This document shows positions 8,682 to 16,063 of a DNA stretch of 36,113 nt, in pieces. The notes under the pieces were generated by a model. That model did not search any database, was not told the origin of the DNA, and worked only from the letters and a program-made list of their open reading frames with translations. Source of the DNA: Eubacteriales bacterium (GTDB lineage: Bacteria > Bacillota > Clostridia > Oscillospirales > SIG627); contig JAZNZV010000114.1 of the NCBI GenBank assembly GCA_045595105.1, forward strand, positions 1 through 36,113, written 5' to 3'. Position 1 is the first letter of the stretch, and each line of letters opens with the position of its first letter. The position numbers and the translations under genes were made by a program.

Positions 8682-8789
8682 AACTTTTTACCTCCATAAA
8701 TTCGGATATTGTTATTATTGTAAATTTATGGTTCGTTTATACAGAGCATCGATACTTCTCTTGAAAAGTTATAAACTTTTGTGAAAGTG

Positions 8790-8818
8790 TTGCAAATGTT
8801 TTGACAATATGTTATAAT
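8790..8818 (+). promoter_or_regulatory. Sigma-A type promoter of the LamG-metallophosphoesterase gene
   Basis: TTGCAA (8790-8795), 17 nt, then TATAAT (8813-8818). It lies 34 nt upstream of the ATG at 8852, and SD AAGAGGT follows. Confidence 0.7.
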
Positions 8819-8851
8819 GCCTTATAAAAATCAAATAAAAGAGGTATCATC

Positions 8852-10543
8852 ATGAAAAAAGTATTCGTCTTTATTATGACCCTTTTACTCTTTGCCCTTC
8901 CTGCTCTGGCAGAAGAGGGGTTGACCTTTGAGCTTGAGAGCAAGTACGTAGTGGATGGAGAGCTTGCCCTTCCGTCTACCGTAGAGGCAACACTTTTGTT
9001 CCCCAAGTCCTTTCAGGGCAGAGGAGGCGTTGTTATCGGTAACTACAAGAATACCACCGACAACGGCTTTAACTTTGAAATTCATAACAACGGAAACCCC
9101 AGAATTTACATAGTAGCCGACGGAGAGTCCTACGACGTCATCTTCGATAAGGCTGACGTGAGAACAGGTGAAAAGGTAGACGTAGCAGTTACCATAAACT
9201 ATGATACAAGAGAGCTTTTCTTATACGTTGACGGCGAGAAAATTCAGCGAAAGAAGATGAAAACACTCCCCGAAAGCATTCCCCTTAAAAATTCTTTCAT
9301 ACTTGGGGGAGACAACCGCTCGGGCAATGCGCAGTACTTTAAGGGTGAGATATTCGACCTCTCTCTTTACTCTGCCGTGAAAACTCCCGAGGAGATAGCG
9401 GGTGAAGGTGCTTCAAGCGACTCTCTCATTGCAGGATGGGACAGCTTATCGGGTGAGCATATTAAAGACCTTGGCACAGGCGGACACGATATCAAGCTTT
9501 TTATCAACGAAAACTGGACAACCGAGGGTGGCTACAAGGGTGAATACGCTTATTCCTTCGCACTTGTGGGAGATACGCAGAGCCTTAACTATAACTATCC
9601 TCAGAAGTTCCATCTGCTCTACGATTGGATAGTAGATAATGCCGAGAGCAAAAAGATGAAGTTTGTTTTCGGACTTGGTGACATTACCGATAACAATCTT
9701 CTTTGGGAATGGGCACTTGCAAAACAGCTTATAAATAAGCTGAACGGCGTTCTGCCTTATTCTATCGTTCGGGGAAATCACGACGGAATTCAGAACTATT
9801 GTGAAATATTCCCTCTTTCCGAGTATTCCCACATGATAGCGGGAAGCTATGACGACAGTATGCTGAATACCTATCAGACCTTCGAGGTGGGAAATATCAA
9901 GTATCTTGTCCTCAACCTTGACCTTGCCATGAACGACGAAACCCTTCTTTGGGCTGACGAGGTGGTTTCCTCTCACCCCGATAGAAACGTTATCGTTTCA
10001 ACTCACATCTATCTTCATTCAGACGGAACTACCGTTGACAGAACAGACCCCACCCCCGCAACTAACTACGGAAGCGATTATACCTCCGACGTAATCTGCG
10101 AAAAGTTTATTAAAAAGCATGAAAACATTAAAATGGTCTTTTCGGGTCATCGCCCCTGTGACAATATAGTTGTCACCTACGAGACAGGAGATAAAGGCAA
10201 CAAGATAGCGCAGGTTCTCGTTGACCCTCAGTCAATAGACGTGACCCAAGGACCCTCCGGACTTGTTGCTATGCTCTATTTCTCAGACGACGGAAAGACG
10301 GTAAACACCGACTTTTATTCTACTGTAAAGAATAAATACTATTATAATGACGAAAACACTCTCACCTTTGAAGTGGAGGTTATAGGAGAAAATCCCTCGG
10401 CAACTGACATCGAAAAGCTCCCCGAAGCACCTGAGGAAGAACAGGATGTGAGCATGTGGCTCCTTGTTGTAGTGTCCGTTGCGGTAGTGGTAATCGTTGG
10501 CTTTATTCTGGGATTTATCATAGGTAAAAAGAAAAAAGCATAA
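8852..10543 (+). CDS. Secreted, C-terminally membrane-anchored LamG (concanavalin-like) + calcineurin-like metallophosphoesterase
   Basis: Signal peptide MKKVFVFIMTLLLFALPALA. The LamG-like block reads FNFEIHNNGNPRIY...LFLYVDGE...YFKGEIFDLSLYS. Metallophosphatase motifs are VGDTQ, GLGDITDN, RGNHD, STHIY and SGHRP. C-terminal TM helix LLVVVSVAVVVIVGFILGFIIGKKKK. Confidence 0.7.
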   Translation: MKKVFVFIMTLLLFALPALAEEGLTFELESKYVVDGELALPSTVEATLLFPKSFQGRGGVVIGNYKNTTDNGFNFEIHNNGNPRIYIVADGESYDVIFDKADVRTGEKVDVAVTINYDTRELFLYVDGEKIQRKKMKTLPESIPLKNSFILGGDNRSGNAQYFKGEIFDLSLYSAVKTPEEIAGEGASSDSLIAGWDSLSGEHIKDLGTGGHDIKLFINENWTTEGGYKGEYAYSFALVGDTQSLNYNYPQKFHLLYDWIVDNAESKKMKFVFGLGDITDNNLLWEWALAKQLINKLNGVLPYSIVRGNHDGIQNYCEIFPLSEYSHMIAGSYDDSMLNTYQTFEVGNIKYLVLNLDLAMNDETLLWADEVVSSHPDRNVIVSTHIYLHSDGTTVDRTDPTPATNYGSDYTSDVICEKFIKKHENIKMVFSGHRPCDNIVVTYETGDKGNKIAQVLVDPQSIDVTQGPSGLVAMLYFSDDGKTVNTDFYSTVKNKYYYNDENTLTFEVEVIGENPSATDIEKLPEAPEEEQDVSMWLLVVVSVAVVVIVGFILGFIIGKKKKA

Positions 10544-10553
10544 AAATATAAAA

Positions 10554-10585
10554 GGACTGTAAAAGCAAAACGGCTTTTACAGTCC
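10554..10585 (+). terminator. Intrinsic terminator
   Basis: GGACTGTAAAAGC, a 6-nt loop, then GCTTTTACAGTCC (13-bp stem), followed by TTAATTTTA. Confidence 0.8.
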
Positions 10586-10593
10586 TTAATTTT

Positions 10594-10634
10594 AATAATA
10601 GAAAAGTGTAAAAATATGCAAAAATCTATTCCAA
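10594..10634. repeat. Copy 1 of a 41-bp direct repeat upstream of the DUF4143 ATPase gene
   Basis: AATAATAGAAAAGTGTAAAAATATGCAAAAATCTATTCCAA. It differs from copy 2 at about 4 positions. Confidence 0.85.
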
Positions 10635-10637
10635 CCC

Positions 10638-10666
10638 TTGACTTGAATAAAAAAATATGCTAATAT
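10638..10666 (+). promoter_or_regulatory. Sigma-A type promoter of the DUF4143 ATPase gene
   Basis: TTGACT (10638-10643), 17 nt, then TAATAT (10661-10666). It lies exactly between the two 41-bp repeat copies. A second TATAAT sits at 10668-10673. Confidence 0.6.
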
Positions 10667-10667
10667 C

Positions 10668-10708
10668 TATAATAGAAAAGTGCAAAAGTATGCAAAAATC
10701 TATTCCAA
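10668..10708. repeat. Copy 2 of the 41-bp direct repeat
   Basis: TATAATAGAAAAGTGCAAAAGTATGCAAAAATCTATTCCAA. It covers the transcription start region and ends at the SD. Confidence 0.85.
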
Positions 10709-10720
10709 AAGGTGAATTTG

Positions 10721-12016
10721 ATGGAAATAAAACGTGATTTATATTTAAACAAAATGATAAGCTTAAAGCACAATGGACTAATTAAAATCATTACAGGAAT
10801 AAGAAGGTGTGGAAAATCTTATCTGCTAAATGAACTTTTCTACAATCATTTAATAGAAACGGGGGTTGACGAGAGTCATATCATCCGCTTTGCATTTGAT
10901 TCTGCAGACGACCTTAGCATGATTGGTGAAAGCATTATTGATATGGAAAAGAATAAGCGGAAGGCTGACCCCGAGAAGTTTATGGAATACGTACGTTCAC
11001 AGATTAAAGATCATGAAATGTACTACCTTCTTCTTGACGAGGTACAACTGCTTGATTGCTTTGAGGCTGTGCTGAACGGTTATTTACGTAAAAAAAATAT
11101 GGACGTATACGTAACCGGAAGTAATGCGAAGTTTTTGTCTAAGGATATTATTACTGAATTTGCAGGTCGTGGGGATGAAATTCATATGTACCCTCTTAGC
11201 TTTTCCGAATTTATGACCGTTTATAAAGGTGATAAGTATGAAGGGCTGTCCGAATATATGCTTTACGGGGGAATTCCGCTTGTCGTTATTCGTGAAGGAC
11301 ATTCAAATAAAGCTTCTGCACTTGAAAACCTATTCAGCGAAATATATATCAGGGATATTCAGAAAAGAAACAAAGTGAAGAACGTCTCTGAATTTGAAGA
11401 TCTATTGAATATTGTGTCATCTTCAATAGGCTCACTAACAAATCCCGAAAAGCTAAAAAACACCTTCAGGTCTGTTAAAAACTCTAAAATCACTTCAGCG
11501 ACAGTAAAAAAGTATCTTGATTATTTTGAAGATTCTTTTTTGCTTGAATCAGCAAACAGATACGATATAAAGGGTAAGAGTTATATTGAAACTCCTAAAA
11601 AATATTATTTTTCAGACATGGGACTTAGAAATGCAAGAATAAGCTTTCGTCAGCTTGAACAGACACACGCTATGGAAAACGTCATTTACAACGAGCTGCG
11701 TATGAGAGGATATAAGGTTGACGTTGGAGTAGTTACTGTAAGTCAGAAGGATGAAAACGGCAAATCAGTCAGAAAACAGTTGGAGGTGGATTTCGTTTGT
11801 AATCTCGGCTCCAAGAAGTATTATATACAGTCCGCATTTTCCATTCCCGATGAAAAGAAAAGAGAACAGGAAACGAGACCTTTTACACATATCAATGATT
11901 CTTTTAAGAAAATTGTTATTACTAAGGATATAGTACCTTCTTATTATGATGAAAACGGAATACTCACAATGAACGTATACGATTTTTTAATTGACAGCAA
12001 AAGCTTGGACAGATAA
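10721..12016 (+). CDS. AAA+ ATPase of the AAA_14/DUF4143 (COG1373-like) family
   Basis: Walker A GIRRCGKSYLL and Walker B YYLLLDEVQ. The C-terminal block LEVDFVCNLGSKKYYIQSAF resembles the nuclease-fold DUF4143 tail. The ATG at 10721 is preferred (SD AAAGGTG 7 nt upstream) over the track's GTG at 10712. Lines sampled by eye are clearly more AT-rich than the neighbouring genes. Confidence 0.8.
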   Translation: MEIKRDLYLNKMISLKHNGLIKIITGIRRCGKSYLLNELFYNHLIETGVDESHIIRFAFDSADDLSMIGESIIDMEKNKRKADPEKFMEYVRSQIKDHEMYYLLLDEVQLLDCFEAVLNGYLRKKNMDVYVTGSNAKFLSKDIITEFAGRGDEIHMYPLSFSEFMTVYKGDKYEGLSEYMLYGGIPLVVIREGHSNKASALENLFSEIYIRDIQKRNKVKNVSEFEDLLNIVSSSIGSLTNPEKLKNTFRSVKNSKITSATVKKYLDYFEDSFLLESANRYDIKGKSYIETPKKYYFSDMGLRNARISFRQLEQTHAMENVIYNELRMRGYKVDVGVVTVSQKDENGKSVRKQLEVDFVCNLGSKKYYIQSAFSIPDEKKREQETRPFTHINDSFKKIVITKDIVPSYYDENGILTMNVYDFLIDSKSLDR

Positions 12017-13672
12017 AGAAATATCGACCGACAAAAGTCGGTCGATATTTCTTTTCTTTATTATTTCCTCGTGTGTCCACTCTCCCGTTTCGGGGTCGTT
12101 TTGTCCGATGGAGTAGGAATACATTTCACTCAAAGAGTTGAGTATTGCCATAAGCTCATCAAAGCCTTCTTCTCCTTTTGACAGATATATATGCTCGTAG
12201 TAGGAGGAGAAGTCGCCATTACATCTGAAATTCAGCGATATGGACAGCGTTTCGTTGTATATTTCCCTTCCGTTGTATTGCTCAACGGAAGCGCTGTTCT
12301 TTTCTCTTTTCTCTTCAATTTCCTTGATGAGGTTGAAGGCATCGATTATAAGCTTTTTCGCTTCCCCATCAAGCTTGTTCACCACGTCGGAATAGTAATC
12401 CTCCATTTCGCTTTCAAAGGAGAAGTCGTAGTTGGTGTATCCCTTGTCGGCGGTATTGTGATTGAAGTAGATATAAGAGCTTTCCATATTCTTGACGTCG
12501 GGCTTCACGTCACGGTAGATACCGAAGATATCTGCCACAAAGACTGCACCGAGTATGAGGGTGGCAATAAGGATAAACGCCATGTGACGGCTCTTCTTGA
12601 ATACTCCCGTAAAGGTCTTGTCAAAGAAAGCGTTGGTGATAATGAAGGTAAAGAGAAGAGCAATGAGCCCGCCTACAATACACCATATGAAAGAGTCGGT
12701 TATAACTTCAAAGAAGGTTGCGCCCAGAAGTATCACGTCAAAGGCGAGCAGATACTGCAAGGGTCTCTTGAGGATAGAAAACGCCACGGGTCGCTGTGAG
12801 TTTTCGTTTTTCTTCTTTGAATAAAGGAATATGCCAAGCACAATGAGAGCCACCGTACCAAGTGCTACAAGAATATAGCTCCTTGCAGTAAAGGGAATGT
12901 AGGTATCATCTATTCCGAAAATGTATCTGATGAGAGGGGAGGAGTAGGGGTAGATATAGGGCTTGTGGTCAAGGTAGTCGAGGAGCTTTGAATTGAAAAG
13001 CTGAGAGCCCGCTACCGCTGTGGCAAGTACTGTGGCAGGTACGAAAAAGTTAATAGCTGCATAGGAAATAAGGGTTGAAAAGATAGTGCCCGAAATAATT
13101 GCCGCTATCATTGCAATTGCAAGGAAAAGGGCAAGGTAGAGTAGCGCCGTTCCTATGGCAGGCAGCTGCATAACTATCATTTCTCCAAAGGAATAGGCAG
13201 GATGTTTTGCAATAAGGTCCATGAAGAAGAGTCCTAAAGTCTGAGAGAGAATTACTGTCACAGCACTGTTTATAAAGGCTGTAATATAGTGAGCGAGGTA
13301 TATTTCTCCACGGTTTACCGACAGTGAATGATAGAAGTCAACACCGCTTCTGTCCCTCATGTAGCCCATGAGAGCAATACAGGAGAAGAACGCAAGGGCA
13401 AATACAACTATCATAAACATTATGGAGAAGGCACCGTCAATGCCAAGCATTTCGTCAAAGAGATATCTTACGTCTCTGTGATACTCTTCATAGGTAGTAA
13501 AGCCCGCTTCAAGGCGCATGGCGTATCTTGACTCAAGGTCGGATATTGGCATGGCACCAACGATTGCACCGAGAATGCACAGCCCCAGTGCTAAAATCAT
13601 GGGCAGTGAGCGGTTTATAGAGTAGTTGTTTCTGACAAGCAGAAGAACCTTTTTAAAGCTTATCTTTTTCAT
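11987..13672 (-). CDS. ABC-transporter permease-like multi-pass membrane protein with a large C-terminal soluble domain
   Basis: 561 aa. About 10 hydrophobic helices span aa 20-390, followed by an acidic soluble domain. It overlaps the upstream ABC ATPase gene by 4 nt. The last ~22 codons run through the terminator hairpin and overlap the ATPase gene on the other strand. Confidence 0.6.
   Translation of the reverse strand: MKKISFKKVLLLVRNNYSINRSLPMILALGLCILGAIVGAMPISDLESRYAMRLEAGFTTYEEYHRDVRYLFDEMLGIDGAFSIMFMIVVFALAFFSCIALMGYMRDRSGVDFYHSLSVNRGEIYLAHYITAFINSAVTVILSQTLGLFFMDLIAKHPAYSFGEMIVMQLPAIGTALLYLALFLAIAMIAAIISGTIFSTLISYAAINFFVPATVLATAVAGSQLFNSKLLDYLDHKPYIYPYSSPLIRYIFGIDDTYIPFTARSYILVALGTVALIVLGIFLYSKKKNENSQRPVAFSILKRPLQYLLAFDVILLGATFFEVITDSFIWCIVGGLIALLFTFIITNAFFDKTFTGVFKKSRHMAFILIATLILGAVFVADIFGIYRDVKPDVKNMESSYIYFNHNTADKGYTNYDFSFESEMEDYYSDVVNKLDGEAKKLIIDAFNLIKEIEEKREKNSASVEQYNGREIYNETLSISLNFRCNGDFSSYYEHIYLSKGEEGFDELMAILNSLSEMYSYSIGQNDPETGEWTHEEIIKKRNIDRLLSVDISLSVQAFAVN
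12016..12053 (+). terminator. Strong hairpin terminator of the ATPase gene
   Basis: AAGAAATATCGACCGAC-AAAA-GTCGGTCGATATTTCTT is a perfect 17-bp stem with a 4-nt loop, followed by TTCTTTATTATTT. It lies inside the 3' end of the convergent permease ORF. Confidence 0.8.
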
Positions 13673-14577
13673 TTTGCTTCCCCTCCTTTAACTCGGCTGA
13701 CTTCAAGAGTGAATATTTCGTCAAGGGTCAGGTCTACCGTTTCAAAGTAAACGATAGAGTTGTCCTCTCCCATAATGGTGGAAAGTCTTTTTGTCACGTC
13801 ATCCTCGCCAAGAGAAGAAATAAATGTTAAAAGCTTTCCGCTTATCTGAGGCAGAGTTGCGAAGCCGTTTATAGGTGTAATATCCGAAAGGGGAGTCTTA
13901 AATATCACCTGATATTTGCTCCAGCCCTGAACTATATCGTCGATAGTCTTGTGGAGTATGAGGCGACCGCCGTCAATGAGAGCTACACTGTCGCAGATGG
14001 TCTCTATATCCGAAAGATTGTGGGAGGAAAGTATAACCGTTCTGCCCTCTTCCGCTACCGTCTCTGCTATCATCTTTTTTGCATAGTCACGGGCAATAGG
14101 GTCGAGTCCGTCAAAGGTCTCGTCGAAGAACAGGTACTCCGAGCAGGTAGAAATGGAGAGTATCACCTCGCCCTGTCTCTTCATACCCTTTGAAAATGTG
14201 GAGATTTTACGGTTTCTGTCAAGGTTTATATCAGCGCACATTTTTTCAAAGCGTTCGTGAGAGAAGGAAGGATAAAACCTTTTGTAAAGTCCAGCCATGT
14301 CGTTTAGCGTAAAGTGAGGTATCAGGTACTGCTCATCTGATACGAAGGACACCTTAGCCTTTATTCTGTCATTTTCAAACACGTCCTCGCCGTCGATGAA
14401 AACCTTACCATTTTCTGCCTTATATATACCCGCCATAATTCTCAGCAGCGTACTTTTTCCGGCTCCGTTGGTGCCGATGAGTCCAAGCACCGAGCCTTTT
14501 TTTACGTTCATTGATACGTCGGCAAGCGATATGACGTCGTTGTCGTATCTTTTCGTTATACCGTCAATTTTTATCAT
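13669..14577 (-). CDS. ABC transporter ATP-binding protein
   Basis: Walker A GTNGAGKSTLL, signature-like FSKGMKRQ, Walker B LFFDETFDGLD, and the H-loop SSHNL. Confidence 0.92.
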   Translation of the reverse strand: MIKIDGITKRYDNDVISLADVSMNVKKGSVLGLIGTNGAGKSTLLRIMAGIYKAENGKVFIDGEDVFENDRIKAKVSFVSDEQYLIPHFTLNDMAGLYKRFYPSFSHERFEKMCADINLDRNRKISTFSKGMKRQGEVILSISTCSEYLFFDETFDGLDPIARDYAKKMIAETVAEEGRTVILSSHNLSDIETICDSVALIDGGRLILHKTIDDIVQGWSKYQVIFKTPLSDITPINGFATLPQISGKLLTFISSLGEDDVTKRLSTIMGEDNSIVYFETVDLTLDEIFTLEVSRVKGGEAK

Positions 14578-14951
14578 CAGTTCTCATCCTCCTTGTAAAG
14601 TTCTTCAATTCTCTTTATCACCGTCTCTTGGGGAACGTCGGCGTTCTTCAGCTCTCGGAGTATTTCGTCAAGCCTTTCAAGAGCTTCGCTTTTCCTTTTT
14701 GTCTTTATCACCTCAAGGTTATCTTCAACGAAGCACCCTCTTCCTGCCACCGAGTAGCAAAGCCCCTCACGCTCCAGCTCACTGAAGGCTCGTGCTATGG
14801 TGTTAGGATTAATGCCAAGGTCTGTTGCAAGGCTCCTTACCGAGGGTAGCTGTTCCCCGGGTGCCCACACACCAAGCATTATCTGATTTTTAAGTCCGTC
14901 TCTTATCTGTTCCCATAACGGCACACCGCTTTTAGGATTGATAGGTATCAT
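14577..14951 (-). CDS. GntR-family (YtrA-subfamily, short) transcriptional regulator
   Basis: PLWEQIRDGLKNQIMLGVWAPGEQLPSVRSLATDLGINPNTIARAFSELEREG is a GntR winged HTH, followed by a short C-terminal tail. The ATG at 14951 is preferred (AGGAGGTGG 3 nt upstream) over the track start at 15002. Stop and start overlap as TGATG with the ABC ATPase gene. Confidence 0.9.
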   Translation of the reverse strand: MIPINPKSGVPLWEQIRDGLKNQIMLGVWAPGEQLPSVRSLATDLGINPNTIARAFSELEREGLCYSVAGRGCFVEDNLEVIKTKRKSEALERLDEILRELKNADVPQETVIKRIEELYKEDEN

Positions 14952-14962
14952 ATTCCACCTCC

Positions 14963-14991
14963 TAAGTGTATTAATTGACTTAGTACACTTA
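14963..14991 (-). promoter_or_regulatory. Candidate GntR autoregulatory operator (inverted repeat)
   Basis: TAAGTGTA (14963-14970), 13 nt, then TACACTTA (14984-14991). These are perfect 8-bp arms lying between the -10 and the SD of the GntR gene. Confidence 0.5.
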
Positions 14992-14992
14992 T

Positions 14993-15021
14993 ACAATATC
15001 ACGAAAGGAAATGTTTGTCAA
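14993..15021 (-). promoter_or_regulatory. Sigma-A type promoter of the GntR-ABC operon
   Basis: Minus strand reads TTGACA (15021-15016), 17 nt, then TATTGT (14998-14993), preceded by TGA (extended -10). Confidence 0.6.
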
Positions 15022-15041
15022 TAGTTTTTTCAAAAAAAATT

Positions 15042-15071
15042 ACCACCCGAAAAAATTTTTTCTCGGGTGGT
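15042..15071. terminator. Bidirectional intrinsic terminator ending the phage-like operon
   Basis: ACCACCCGA-AAAAATTTTTTC-TCGGGTGGT. Both strands carry A/T runs (AAAAAAAATT upstream, GATTTGTTTGTTTTTT downstream). Confidence 0.8.
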
Positions 15072-15109
15072 GATTTGTTTGTTTTTTGGTCTAACCTTTT
15101 TTAAGCCCC

Positions 15110-16048
15110 TTAATAATAGCCTAAAGATTTTGCATAGAGCTTGACCTGATATCTGTAAGAGTAGTCAAGGAATGAGTCCTGAACTATCGCCTTTATAGCA
15201 TCATATATGGTGTTTTTCGTCTTTTCACCCATGCCATATTTATTCTGATAGGTAAGAACTATTTTATCCACCAGCGTTCTGGCGTTGTAATCGGGTGTAA
15301 TACGATCCGACGATGAGCTGCCACTGCCCGACGAGCTCTTCGACGAGCCGTCAGAAGAGGCGCTTTTACCCTCGCTTTCTTTTTCGAGGCTGTTTACGTA
15401 GCGTTCATGCTTTTCATCGTCACGCTCCGCTTCATAGTCACGGTTGTCGGCAAAGCGGTCGTAGATCTCGTCGTCACGCTCTGCCTCGTAATCACGGTTA
15501 TCGGCGAAACGGTCGTACTTTTCATCGTCACGCTTCGCTTCATAGTCACGGTTATCTGCAAAGCGGTCGTATTTTTCATCATCACGCTCTGCCTCGTAAT
15601 CTCGGTCACGGTTAAGCTGACTCATATAAGCGTTGTTCTTCTCTTTTTCAAGCGAGCTTACCTCCCCAAGATAGTTTATAAAAGCCGAATTCTTAGCCTT
15701 TGCTCTGTTCTCTTCGTTTTGTCTTATAGAAGCCTCAGAGTCACTTTCTATCTGAGAGATTGCACTCATTCTTTGCAGGTTGTTGTCAAGCTCTGCCTGT
15801 ACCGAGTCTCCCGACCTCGACAGCCCCTTTTCAAGGAGTCCTGCCTTAGTGTTATGAAGTGCGATTTTAGCCGAAGCGTCGGCAGAATTTTTCTTTTTGT
15901 GAGCGTTCTTTTCTATCTCCTTGTTCTTGGAGTTTATCTCACGGTCTATCCCCGAAAGAGTTGCCATGTACTTTTCGGTGAGCTTAGACAGGGAAGAGGA
16001 GTAGCCGTCAAGAACGCTTTTTGCAAGTCCTTTGGTTGAAATTGCCAT
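15110..16048 (-). CDS. Coiled-coil/acidic-repeat protein of unknown function (last gene of the phage-like operon)
   Basis: 312 aa with SD GGGGAGGTGA. It has a helical, charged N-terminal half and about 3.7 copies of the 18-aa unit DYEAERDDEKYDRFADNR. A Ser-rich linker SASSDGSSKSSSGSGSSSSD precedes a ~70-aa C-terminal domain. No TM segment. Confidence 0.6.
   Translation of the reverse strand: MAISTKGLAKSVLDGYSSSLSKLTEKYMATLSGIDREINSKNKEIEKNAHKKKNSADASAKIALHNTKAGLLEKGLSRSGDSVQAELDNNLQRMSAISQIESDSEASIRQNEENRAKAKNSAFINYLGEVSSLEKEKNNAYMSQLNRDRDYEAERDDEKYDRFADNRDYEAKRDDEKYDRFADNRDYEAERDDEIYDRFADNRDYEAERDDEKHERYVNSLEKESEGKSASSDGSSKSSSGSGSSSSDRITPDYNARTLVDKIVLTYQNKYGMGEKTKNTIYDAIKAIVQDSFLDYSYRYQVKLYAKSLGYY
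15414..15611. repeat. 54-bp tandem repeat, ~3.7 copies (in-frame, encodes the 18-aa acidic repeat)
   Basis: Units are at 15414-15467, 15468-15521 and 15522-15575, with a partial unit to ~15611. Copies differ at a few mostly synonymous or conservative positions. Confidence 0.9.
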
Positions 16049-16063
16049 AATATCACCTCCCCT

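Noticed and set aside
8682-8800. A cre (CcpA) box or RAT/antiterminator element upstream of the PTS operon.
   Set aside because: No match to the TGnAAnCGnTnnCA-type cre or to the GlcT/LicT RAT consensus could be aligned. No intrinsic terminator is present in the leader.
12191-12799. A 202-aa plus-strand ORF inside the permease gene. The same reasoning covers 9446-9976 (-), 20315-20839 (+), 20748-21191 (+), 23681-24133 (-), 24513-24995 (-), 26681-27046 (-), 30014-30421 (-) and other track ORFs of 60-130 aa.
   Set aside because: All lie antisense to, or out of frame within, long ORFs that have recognisable domains. They lack SDs and recognisable motifs, so they are typical shadow ORFs.
14952-15002. 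The longer GntR ORF start (MILYKCTKSINTLRRWN...).
   Set aside because: The extension would cover the operator and the -10 region. AGGAGGTGG sits immediately before the ATG at 14951.
15407-16039. A 210-aa plus-strand ORF, together with 15313-15615 (+) and 15394-15609 (-), across the repeat-protein gene.
   Set aside because: These are shadow ORFs generated by the 54-bp tandem repeat and the low stop-codon content of the antisense strand. They have no SD and low-complexity, hydrophobic nonsense sequence. The minus-strand 312-aa frame has a strong SD and operon context.
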